A stretch of DNA of 64,000 nucleotides from Coniocarpon cinnabarinum (taxonomy: Eukaryota). Position 1 is the first letter of the stretch. Each line of letters starts with the position of its first letter. This document shows, piece after piece, positions 9,512-20,100 of this stretch. The DNA lies in NCBI GenBank assembly GCA_051942205.1, contig JAVECO010000115.1, forward strand, positions 1-64,000, written 5' to 3'. The notes beneath the pieces are model-generated. The model ran no database searches. It was not told the DNA's origin and was given only the letters and a program-made list of their open reading frames with translations. The position numbers and the translations under genes are program-made.

Positions 9512-11737
9512 ATGCGTCCATTCCGCCGGCTTTGGTCAAGATGGCGTCCATCCACTTCCGCAGCTCCTCGGCCAACATCGTCGTCCACTTCGTCAAACCC
9601 AGAAGATGAAAACGATCCGGTGGCTACCAAACTTGCCAAGCGTGCTGATGAGCCGCAGAACTTCACCTTGCGAGGCATTGCTTTCGGAGTGATTGTGGGC
9701 GTTGTCATTGTCTTCAGCAATACCTACTTTGGACTCCAGACAGGATGGATCAGTGGTATGTCCATGCCGAGCGCGCTGCTTGGTTTTGGCTTTTTCAAGG
9801 TCCTGTCCCCCTACCTCCGAATGCAGTTCTCGCCAGTCGAGAACGTGCTCATTCAAAGCGTTGCCGGATCCGTTGGAACCATGCCCTTGGGATGCGGCTT
9901 CGTCGGCGTCATACCCGCGCTGGAGTTCTTGTTGAAGAGAGGGGAGCAGGGCACGGCATACACATTCTTCTTTCAGGGTGTCGAGTCCTCCGGAGAACGC
10001 ATAGGCGGCATGTCTGTGTCATTGCCTAGGCTCATGCTTTGGGCAGCCGGCGTTTGCCTCTTCGGCGTCGTCTTCGCCGTCCCGTTGCGAAGAGAAGTCA
10101 TCATACGGGAGAAACTCAAGTTTCCCAGCGGCACGGCCACTGCACTCATGATTGGGGTTTTGCATGGCCAGAAAGGCGAGGCGCAGCTAGTCAAACAGGA
10201 AGAGCGAGCAGCGCCCAAAGCACGCTCAAGCCACGACGAAGATGAACGTCAAGGGCTCATGGCTGAGCAGGATTCAGACCGGTCTCGTGACACGACACCA
10301 AGTCCCGAGAGCGGTGGACTACCCGATACGCAAAAGAGTGGCGAGGGCGATTGGCGCAAAAATATTCGCAACATGTTCACGGCATTTCTTTTCTCTGCAG
10401 TATACACGATCATGACCTACTTCATGCCGTTCCTCAGAAACCTCCCGGTGTTTGGCCGACATCTCGCACGCAAGTGGCTATGGACATTGAACCCGTCCCC
10501 CGCATATGTTGGTCAGGGAATTATCATGGGTCCAACGACTACAGCACACATGCTCTTTGGTGCTGTACTCGGATGGGGCATTCTTTCACCTCTAGCCAAA
10601 TCGCGAGGCTGGGCGCCTGGAGCAGTAGACGATTGGGAAAATGGTAGTAAGGGATGGATTGTTTGGATCTCGCTTGCAATCATGCTAGCGGATGCGCTCG
10701 TCAGCCTCGGGTGGCTGGTAGCTCGTCCATTGCTCGGATTGATAGTAAGAGGACTCCCAAACAACTTCTTGCAATCACCGCGAAATCAGGGCTATGCACC
10801 TATTTCGAATCGACACAAACACCGCAGGTCTGATGTCAATGCTCCCACGGAGCCTGAACCAGAGGCAGATGCTCCACCATCTCATCTCGTCAGTACGCGC
10901 ACCTTTCTCATTACTCTGGCAGCCAGCATTGTGATCTACTACGTCAGTGTCCATGTGGCATTTCCGTCATTGCTCACGTTCACGCATACAACTCTGTCTC
11001 TCTTCCTGGCACTCTTCCTCTCTCTGCTGGGCGTTCGCGCTCTCGGAGAGACCGATTTGAATCCAGTATCTGGCATCAGCAAGCTTACTCAACTCATCTT
11101 TGCGGCCATTGTTCCTGCATCATCAACGCCGAACGCGATACCAGTAAATCTTCTTGCAGGTGCCATCTCCGAGTCTGCAGCGTTGCAGGCAGGCGATCTG
11201 CTTCAAGATCTCAAGACTGGCCATTTGCTGGGTGCAGCACCAGCCGCACAATTTTGGGGTCAAATGATAGGCAGTGTCATTGGCGCTGTTCTCTCAGCGG
11301 CTGTCTACAGGCTCTATGTTGGTGTGTATGAGATACCAGGTCCGCAGTTTCAGATACCAACAGCTTTCGTGTGGGTCTTCACAGCCCGTCTAGTCACTGG
11401 CCAAGGCCTTCCCCCGATGGCCGCGACGTACGCTATCTGGGCTGCTGTTATCTGGGGACTTCTGACAGTGGTGCGAATGGCAGGAAGAGGAACCAGGTGG
11501 GTCAACTACGTGCCTGGAGGCATAGCAGTGGCTGTGGGGATGTACAACACGCCGAGCTTTACATTCGCGAGAGCAGTTGGCGGACTTGGCAGCTGGTACT
11601 GGATGCGCAGAAGAGGTGGGGAGGAAACAGGCATTGTCGTGATTGCGAGCGGCCTGATATTGGGAGAAGGGCTGGTGAGCATCGTCAATCTAGGTTTGGC
11701 GAGCGCTGGCGTGCCTCACTTGAACGATTGGTCATGA
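9512..11737 (+). CDS. OPT-superfamily oligopeptide transporter (YSL/YGL114W-like clade)
   Basis: Motifs NTYFGLQTGWISGMSMPSALLGF, EKLKFPSGTATA, GVRALGETDLNPVSGISKLTQL and DLKTGHLLGA; many TM segments. First in-frame ATG is at 9512 (the ORF track starts at a TTG). Confidence 0.93.
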   Translation: MRPFRRLWSRWRPSTSAAPRPTSSSTSSNPEDENDPVATKLAKRADEPQNFTLRGIAFGVIVGVVIVFSNTYFGLQTGWISGMSMPSALLGFGFFKVLSPYLRMQFSPVENVLIQSVAGSVGTMPLGCGFVGVIPALEFLLKRGEQGTAYTFFFQGVESSGERIGGMSVSLPRLMLWAAGVCLFGVVFAVPLRREVIIREKLKFPSGTATALMIGVLHGQKGEAQLVKQEERAAPKARSSHDEDERQGLMAEQDSDRSRDTTPSPESGGLPDTQKSGEGDWRKNIRNMFTAFLFSAVYTIMTYFMPFLRNLPVFGRHLARKWLWTLNPSPAYVGQGIIMGPTTTAHMLFGAVLGWGILSPLAKSRGWAPGAVDDWENGSKGWIVWISLAIMLADALVSLGWLVARPLLGLIVRGLPNNFLQSPRNQGYAPISNRHKHRRSDVNAPTEPEPEADAPPSHLVSTRTFLITLAASIVIYYVSVHVAFPSLLTFTHTTLSLFLALFLSLLGVRALGETDLNPVSGISKLTQLIFAAIVPASSTPNAIPVNLLAGAISESAALQAGDLLQDLKTGHLLGAAPAAQFWGQMIGSVIGAVLSAAVYRLYVGVYEIPGPQFQIPTAFVWVFTARLVTGQGLPPMAATYAIWAAVIWGLLTVVRMAGRGTRWVNYVPGGIAVAVGMYNTPSFTFARAVGGLGSWYWMRRRGGEETGIVVIASGLILGEGLVSIVNLGLASAGVPHLNDWS

Positions 11738-12171
11738 AATAGCTGATCTTGATCATGGCAGAAACCTAAGTACCTAATGTACATACAGACCCGTGGAGAG
11801 ACCAACGATGCCGTCGCACGTTCTTTGCATGATCTGCGACTGTGCCTCAACCTGCACATGTCACCTTTGTCATGGTGAAACACGGGGTTAGGCGTAGTAT
11901 TCCGCGTGCTGACACTCCTTAATATTCTACTGACTGCTGACCCCATACCAAAGGAGTTTAACCGTCGAAAATTCTTCCGAGAAGTACCAATTCTGAAACA
12001 ATGCTCGCAAAAATGGTCAGCAGAGTCTTAGCCAACATCGGAGCGCAAGGTCTTGAGCCAGACAAGGGTGCGAACGGCACAACAGGGACGTAAGCCCATA
12101 AGATCTAGAGATGTGCTTGAATTCTCGGTCTTTTTCTCTCTCTGGAAAAGAGAAACCTGCCCATTCCGACC

Positions 12172-13066
12172 ATGAAGGTCGCCAGTGCCTTTGTCGTGCT
12201 TGCAAGCGTAGCTGCAGTGTGGTCCACCTCAGTACTCCTGCCACTTTACGTGTATCCAGACCCAGGCAAATGGGATCCTGTATACAACGCCATCAGCGGC
12301 AGCTCCGCTACGAAATTCGTTGTCGTGATCAACCCAAGCTCAGGGCCCGGTGGTGACAGTATGTAAATTGTATAAACCCTGAACGGATACCGCCGAACAA
12401 ACGCGATGACCATGAGATAGGGGATCGGATAGCTAATATCTGGGAACAGCACCTGCCGACGATTACGCGGATGCAGTGACGAAGCTGAAAGGCTATGAAA
12501 ACGTGCTCACTATTGGTTATGTTCGGACAAACTACACGAACATACCACTCGACCAGGTATGCGCAGCTTGCAATACCTACTTCAAAAAGGAGCGATATCT
12601 GACAGTCATGTAGACCACTCAAGACATCAGCTCATACGCCGCCTGGCCTACATCGGCTCAGCCCTCTGGCATCTTTTTCGACGAAGTGACAACCGACACA
12701 GACTCTGCTGCGACATCATATATGTCAAGCGCAGCCGCTGCAGCGCACTCAGCTTTCCCTAGTTCCACAGTAGTTTTCAATCCAGGTGCTGTAGAAGACT
12801 CTACATATTTCGACTATGCCGACCTTATCGTCGGGTACGAAGACTTCTGGAGCAAGTATGATCCTAGCAATAGACCTAGTATACTTGGGAATGCTGCGAA
12901 GAGCGCGATCATCGTGAAGGAGGTTCCAGCAGGAGCGGACATAGGGGGTGCGATTGCGACGGCCAAGGCGGATGGCATTGGAGCTGTTTATTTCTCGAGT
13001 GACAGTGACTATAAGGATTTGAGCCTGCTTGAACAGGTCGTCGAGGGCGTTGGCAGCTCGGATTGA
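12172..13066 (+). CDS. Spherulin-4 / Sph3-like secreted glycoside hydrolase (GH135)
   Basis: Signal peptide, then VLLPLYVYP, FVVVINPSSGPG, IGYVRTNY, GIFFDE and VVFNPG motifs; two introns at about 12359-12449 and 12557-12613. Confidence 0.88.
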
Positions 13067-13355
13067 AACCAAGGAGATCCTTGCAATGGTAATATCTCAT
13101 CGGAGGAGTAAGAATGCAACATTCCCACACTCCGTATCTCCATATGCTTGGCTAGAGCACATCACGTGATAGACCCCACCTCTCGGACCCTGACGTGCCT
13201 GAGCCGAGCTACCTTACCTTACTCTTCTGACGTTTCGTCCCATCCACCCACCTTGACGTCGTTGCTCCTTACTCCTCCCTCACTACACCATCTCCCCAGT
13301 GCAGCTTTCCAGGCTCAACGATAGGATCCACAGCTACCTCGACGCCTTTGGAGCT

Positions 13356-14997
13356 ATGACTCTCCCTCTGAGGCAGGCCGGCCGCCTGGGGGCAGCTTTA
13401 CGCTCAAGCCGCGCCGTCCGAGTTTCTTCATCTGTCACGCAGAGAGCAGCTGCTTCGACATGGAAACGTCCAATGGCGACAGCGGCAGCCATGCCCAAGA
13501 TAGCAGACTACGCAGACCCTATGCCCAGTCTCGACGCCCAGCCTTTCTTTCCTGAGGAGCCCATCGGCCCTTCCGTCAAGACCTCTATACCAGGCCCCGT
13601 TAGCACTAAAGCTATCAAAGAGCTCGACGAGGTGTTTGATACTCGCAGCTTGAACATGATCACAAATTATCAGCAGAGCTTCGGTAATTACATTTCAGAT
13701 CTCGATGGCAACATGCTGTTGGACGTCTACGCTCAGATTGCCTCAATACCGGTGAGTTCGGCTCAAGCACCTATCTAATTCCAAGCATCTGACTCACGCG
13801 TGTGTTAAGGTCGGCTACAATAATCCCTCACTCCTTGCCGCGTCAATGAGTCCTGAAATGGCCAGCGCTACCGTCAACCGTCCGGCGCTGGGTAACTTTC
13901 CTTCCCACGATTGGTCTTCCATCCTTCACAGCAGTGTCCTTTCTGTAGCGCCCAAAGGCTTGAATCAAGTCTTCACAGCAATGGCGGGTAGCGACGCTAA
14001 TGAAATAGCCTATAAAGCTGCGTTCATGTGGAAGCGAAGGCAGGAACGCGGAGGTGGCGACATTGACTTCACTCAGGAGGAAATGATGTCCTCTATGCGC
14101 AACGAACAGCCCGGGTCTCCAGACTTGTCCATACTCTCATTTGCCACTGGCTTTCACGGTCGTCTCTTCGGTTCGCTCTCTACCACTCGCTCAAAGCCCA
14201 TTCACAAGCTCGATATCCCAGCTTTCCCTTGGCCGCAAGCGCCCTTCCCTCACCTGAAATATCCACTCTCTGACTTTGCTGCCGAGAATGCTGCGGAAGA
14301 GCAGCGTTGTCTAGACGAAGTCGAGCGCCTCATAACGGATTGGCCGCATCCACCCGCGGCCGTCATGGTGGAACCTATCCAGTCCGAAGGTGGCGACAAC
14401 CACGCCTCCCCTTCGTTCTTCCAAGGACTCCGCCACCTGACCAAGAAGCACAACATACTCCTCATCGTTGATGAAGTTCAGACCGGCATTGGCGCCACTG
14501 GCAAATTCTGGGCGCATGAGCATTGGAATCTCGACGAGCCACCTGATATGGTGACGTTCAGCAAGAAGGCGCAGACAGCTGGATACTACTATGGACGCCC
14601 CGACCTTAGGCCTAACAAGCCATATAGGCAATTTAATACCTGGATGGGCGATCCGGCGAAGTGCCTGCTCTTCCGCGCGATTGTGCAAGAGATCGATCGG
14701 CTCAACCTCGTCGAGAACACCCGCGTGACCGGCGACTATCTTTTTGGTGGCTTGACGGCGTTAGCAGAACGATTCCCCGGACAGCTGCAAAACCTCAGAG
14801 GAGAAGGTCAAGGAACTTTCATTGCCTTTGACAGTCCAAAGCGAGACCACTTCTTGAAGATGGGCAAGAAGCATGGCATCAACATTGGCGGGAGTGGGGA
14901 GCGGGCGGTGAGATTACGTCCGATGCTGATATTCCAGAAGCAGCATGCAGATGTCCTCTTGGAGGGCATGGAGAATATCCTGGGGTCCTTGGCGTGA
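13356..14997 (+). CDS. UGA1: 4-aminobutyrate (GABA) aminotransferase with an Arg/Ser/Ala-rich, mitochondrial-type N-terminus
   Basis: LDVYAQIASIPVGYNNP across intron 13752-13809; FHGRLFGSLSTTRSKPIHKLDIPAF; IVDEVQTG; PLP-lysine region TFSKKAQ. Confidence 0.95.
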
Positions 14998-15829
14998 TGC
15001 GTGAGCGGTGTTGATTTTCTTGCATATGCGTCTTTTTCCACGATCGTGGTTAAAACGTTAGGCGTTCCAGGCGTACGCCATACTGCAAACTTTTTTCACA
15101 ACGATCTGCAGATGACATGACCCCTTTTGAGAATGATCAATATATTCAGCGAAGATAGCCACGAGATATCTGGAGAGCAGACAGTCATCTCCAACGCAGG
15201 ATCCTGTATGATTTTCACCGTCTAGCAACGGGAGAAATATCCTTTCATGTCGTAAAGATAAAACAGTCATGTTCTCCGATGCTTTCAATATGGACTGCCA
15301 GCCACAGCCAACCTACCACGTCAGTCTCTTTATCCAATGGGGAAATATGAGCCTCCATCTTCTCAATTTGCAATTCCCGACCGTCTGCATGGAAAGTAGT
15401 ATCGGTACTCACCCGAGGGTTTGGCTTCCGGTAAGATTGAGAAGTGTTTCATGCTATTTTCCTCTTTCCTCTGGATATCGCTGGCAGTGCTATCACAGGT
15501 CGGACTCAAGCCGCGGCACACACAGCAGCACCGATTCACTCATGCTCCAGCCGACTGTCACTTTCAATATTTGATGCTCTTGTATCCGAATCATCAATGC
15601 GCAGCTCTTCACGAAACGTACTATTCTCGTCCATGCGTTCTGTCAATGCGATTCGCATCTTCCCTCCTGAGACAGATAGCTTTACGCGCCTCGTTGCAGT
15701 CACATGCCATCTTGCTTCAGTCCTAGCAAAAAGGATCCGTTTACCCTCGCTTTGTGTATCTATTCACTTCCTTGCATCGTTCCGTCGCAGCTCCGTCTCT
15801 ACGCTCACAGAACCGAACAGTCATCCAAG

Positions 15830-16390
15830 ATGACAAGGAACTCACCTCAAGACAATTCCAACTACACTCCGCATCACACGCCAAATCACAGCCAGAGCCA
15901 CAACCGAACGTCAAGCCGTTTGAATCATTCCACATCGCATATATTTAATCGTCTGAACATCTTCAGGCGTGCCGAAAGCAGCACTCACTCCTTTGATTCG
16001 CCCGATCTCGCTGTTTCTCGCTCTTCACAGTTCACTCACAGCTTCGACCACAGCTCCCCAGATAACCGCGTCTTCAGGAATCCATTGTCGCGTGATCGCT
16101 TCGAGGCCAATATAAACGCTCGCCCGAACTCGGACGGCTTCCAACGGCCCAACTTTGAAGATCACAGCCGGCATGGTGGCCGCCGAGCCAATGGCGATGA
16201 CCAATCGCAGTCGGACGTCGACTCCACCAGTTTCTGGCCGCAGCGGGTGCCTCATCTAGATCCGGAGTCAAAAGCATTCCAGGTATTTATGGAGGCGGGG
16301 TGTCCCAGGGGTCTACGTGAGGGATTGGAAAGGGGTGTGAAGCGTGTTGAGGACAGTGGATCGAATGTGGGGTTCGTCATGGTCTGGTGA
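15830..16390 (+). CDS. Hypothetical protein (about 186 aa), paralog of 17495-17773
   Basis: caagATG start; S/H/N-rich N-terminus; C-terminal domain PHLDPESKAFQVFMEAGCPRGLREGLER...VGFVMVW is shared with the next gene. The end may be spliced (to 16458). Confidence 0.65.
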   Translation: MTRNSPQDNSNYTPHHTPNHSQSHNRTSSRLNHSTSHIFNRLNIFRRAESSTHSFDSPDLAVSRSSQFTHSFDHSSPDNRVFRNPLSRDRFEANINARPNSDGFQRPNFEDHSRHGGRRANGDDQSQSDVDSTSFWPQRVPHLDPESKAFQVFMEAGCPRGLREGLERGVKRVEDSGSNVGFVMVW

Positions 16391-17494
16391 GTCTTGTGCT
16401 TCTCCCTAGTCATTTCTCCAAATTATTGCAAGTTACCCAAGACAACAGTGAAGAGTAAGCGGGATGGCAGGGGAAACGAGGCAATGGAACCCGGCCAAAA
16501 AGCGAGGTCGCATGACAATAGGTAATGGAGTTTACATAAGGGAGCTGATGGTTGATAAGACAGTGGGAACTGACTTCCAATAGGAACCTGCATATCGGTG
16601 TCTTGCAACGAAGGGCATATGTTATTTATTACTCGTCCGAGTGTGAGGAGATCGTAGGGCTGGCGCCGAACTTGAAGCATGTGGACTTCTGACTTGGCTG
16701 TGAGCGTGGCGCTCAACTGTCGTCCCGATAAACATATACTTGTGGACATCGCTTGCGTTGCAAGAGGACGATCGAGGTGAAGAGGAAGACAAAGCGTGCT
16801 TGCAATGGTTTAGAACGTCTGAACATAGGAACAGCAATCCAGCTCGAACAGTACGCGGATTGCACAAGCAGAGACTTTCGCTCAAGGCTTTACCTTCGCG
16901 ATGAGACAACGTCAGATCTCGACATATCCAGATCGACTTCCAGGTTCTTGGGACCGGCCACAATTTGCCACGCCCAAGTAAGTCATATCAACAGACATGT
17001 TCAGAGCTTCAAGACGATCAACCTGATGGCAGCACAGTTGAAAAAAAAGGACACCTGATCACCAAATGCCTGTTGCACTCAACATCACATTCCCAAAAAG
17101 GGTCACCCAAACGCTTGTTTCACATCGCTCGGACGTTCTCCATGCGTTTACCACGGACCCGGGTCACTACATTTACATTTACATTCACATCCCCATCTCA
17201 AGCGTACAAGCTCACAACACCTGTCAAGTCCAGATACCCGGAATGATTTCAGTTCGGTGCGGGCCGAGGCCACGTACACTATCTTACATGGCGCCGTCGG
17301 CTCTTTGGTCCCGCTATACACTACATAACACCATACATTGGATGCGGACCAATCTCGCGATTCCCCCTTCTTCGACTCTGACTCCAATACGACTCCACTC
17401 GAAGAAACCTCACCTCACCTCACCCGACCTTACCTCACCACTACTTCAGTCATCTTCAAGATCCTATGCCAACGCCCCAAACCCAATCACCGCC

Positions 17495-17773
17495 ATGCCC
17501 GCCACACATCCTAACCAGCGCAGCAGCGGCACGACAATGAGAACCGGCAACCTCGTTCGCCGCTTTCAACTTCCCTTCCATGGCCGCGCTTACGATCTGC
17601 CTGCGGATTACCTCCCCCAGCTGGACCCGGTGGACGAGCACTTCCGCGTGTACATGTACAGTTGCTGTCCGGAAGGTCTGGCGGAAGCTTTAGATCGCGA
17701 GGCGTTTAGGATGAATCAGCGTTTAGGCGCTATAGAGAGTCGGCAGCGGGTGGGGTATGTCGTTATTTGGTGA
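17495..17773 (+). CDS. Hypothetical small protein (about 92 aa), paralog of 15830-16390
   Basis: accgccATG start; PQLDPVDEHFRVYMYSCCPEGLAEALDR...VGYVVIW. A spliced extension to 17964 is possible. Confidence 0.65.
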   Translation: MPATHPNQRSSGTTMRTGNLVRRFQLPFHGRAYDLPADYLPQLDPVDEHFRVYMYSCCPEGLAEALDREAFRMNQRLGAIESRQRVGYVVIW

Positions 17774-18590
17774 GTTACGTGACCTTGTTAGGGGATGCAG
17801 TGATACCGGGCAGTGAAAAAGAAGTGAGCGGGAGCGACCCATATGAAGAGGGGCAGAAAGACGGAGGGGAGAAAACGAGGCCCGTAGAGAAAAGAGCGAG
17901 AAAAGTCAGAAGAGAGAGAAAGAGGGAAGAGAATGAAGGGAGGCTATTGCATTGCGTGGAGTGAATTGGATCGGAGAGGGAAGATGCTGATTGCTCTCTA
18001 CAGGAAACTGCATCACTGGCTATTCCGCCATCGCGCACTCGTGACATGGTATGACGACCTGGGCGAGCTAATCGGCAACGAGCAGAAATGGGTCGCCTTC
18101 CGCGAGGGCAAAAACAACGTCACGTGTTAGGAGAACCAATGGGTAGCCGGGTGGGCGGGTACATTCAAGGAGCAGTGAAGGAGGACGAGTTGGGAAGAAA
18201 GCGGCAAGAGCGTAAGCGGCTAGGGGATAGAGGGACGCGGAGACGCGAGTGTGCACTTTTGTAAATATGACGACGGCAAGGTTGAGGATATTGAATGTTA
18301 CTGGAGGTCGATGTTCGACATGTGTGTGAGATTGATGCGTTGATTGACTTGTGCTGTGGCTTGGTCGTGACTGATAGATGTACATTGACGCTGGTATCTA
18401 CCGCACATTGTCTCTATCACAAGTCGACTGTGTTAGTGCCAAGACCAAAACGACAAAGACGGTATCACGCAAGAAAGACTTCACTTGCGTTTATGAAGCA
18501 CATGCAGGCTTAACCCGCGTGCTGTTCGTTTTGCTATGGACTACATGGGTATCAAAGAGAAAACCTCCTGATCCAAATCACAAATTCAAC

Positions 18591-20100
18591 CTACTCAGGT
18601 CCAAGCTCCAGGTCTTCTTCGAAATCAGCCCGACTACTACACGCCGTGATCAAAAAAGTCTCCTGACTCTCCTGATAAATCCGGCGCGAGCTCGGAATCG
18701 GACTTCCCTGATAAACCCCGCCATGAGGCAAGGGCGGTAACTCCTTGTCATAAAGCGAGTCCTTTTCGCTGAAGTGGGCCGCAGGCGGGGCCCGCACGAG
18801 GGGTCGTTTCGAGTTGCTGGAGGATTGCGACGAGCTCTTCTGCGACGAGTTTTTCTCGGCTTTGCGGATGGCCGCGGCGGCGGCGAGGCTCGAGGGATCT
18901 TTGGGCGTGAAGAGACTGCTGAAGCCGGATTTGCGGCCGCGGTTGTAGAGTTGGACCATGGAGGGGAGGCAGATTGTGAAGATGCCGATGGGGATCTCGA
19001 AGTTGTAGAGGACCATGAGCATGGCGAGTTCCCCTTGGATGGTATGTTAGCAGTGCTCAGGACAGGAGCGGGTCGTCGATGTTGTCTGTGGGTCAGAGAT
19101 TGGCTTACAGGCGAAGTCAGGACTGTATAGCAGACCAAGGACGGAGACAGCAATGATCCGCAACATCGAGATGACGAAGACACTATGAATTGTCAGTAAT
19201 CATTGGTTGATGCTTCGAGCAAAGCGTGCTGTAAGCTGAGCAGCATGCTAGCCAGCCTGCGACATGCGCGTCAAGACGTACCTGTACCCGAAGAAAAAGA
19301 TACAAGCCAGCCCCCACTTCTTTTGCTTACTCACTTGAAGTTTCCAAAGTGGGTAGTGAGGCAGCACCAATATCACAATGTCGAGGAGCAGGTTGACGAT
19401 CGAGACGCCCAAATAGGCATTGTATGTGTTCACACAGGTGTTGCGTTCATTGGCGCCATGCGGGATGATGCTGACATTCCAACCGGGCACACATGCGAAA
19501 AATGAGATGATAAAGGTAAATAGGAACCAGATGATACAGGCGGCGCCGGTCGTTATTAGTGCGTATCGAAAGGGACGGCCTGCGACTGTGAAGACCCTAT
19601 GATAGAAGAAGAGCGCTGATAGCTTAATGGATGTGATGCCTAGCATGCATTAGTATGACACGATTGTGATGCAACAGTTGCTCACGTACCGATGCTATAT
19701 ACGAGGTTGGTGACGATGACGAGGTTGAGCAATTTCTTGAACGGACTACGTCCCACTTTTGCCAGGATGTACATGTAATGTCGACCCAGGCCTTCGCTCA
19801 AGGAATGCATGACGAGAGCACAGACAGCAAACGCGAAGGGCTGTTTGAAGATGAAATGAGCTTCTATCCAGGGCAGGCTGATACTCACAGACGTCTTATG
19901 CGACGCGTGTTTCTAGGAAGGCTCACCAATGCTGCCAGCGCCAACCAGTCATCCCAGAGGAAAGAGTTCTTCGATATCCATCTGCTCCAGAAACGACAGA
20001 TGATAGATATCGTCGCAATGAGCATGCTCAGGACGGCGGTGCCGACCAGGAGGGGATCTTGGTTTGCAGCATTGCTTGCTACATTCGCCGACTGACCCAT
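18591..20100 (-). CDS. PTH11-like integral membrane protein (fungal rhodopsin-like domain, no CFEM), multi-exon
   Basis: Exon pieces CRFWSRWISKNSFLWDDWLALAAL, GLGRH, IKLSALFFYHRVF, NLLLDIVILVLPHYPLWKLQVSKQKKWGL and EIPIGIFTICLPS. Confidence 0.88.

Noticed and set aside
9512..20100. Secondary metabolite or RiPP gene cluster
   Set aside because: No PKS, NRPS, terpene synthase or DUF3328/UstYa gene, and the peptide precursors lack the repeated cores of KEP/dikaritin precursors.
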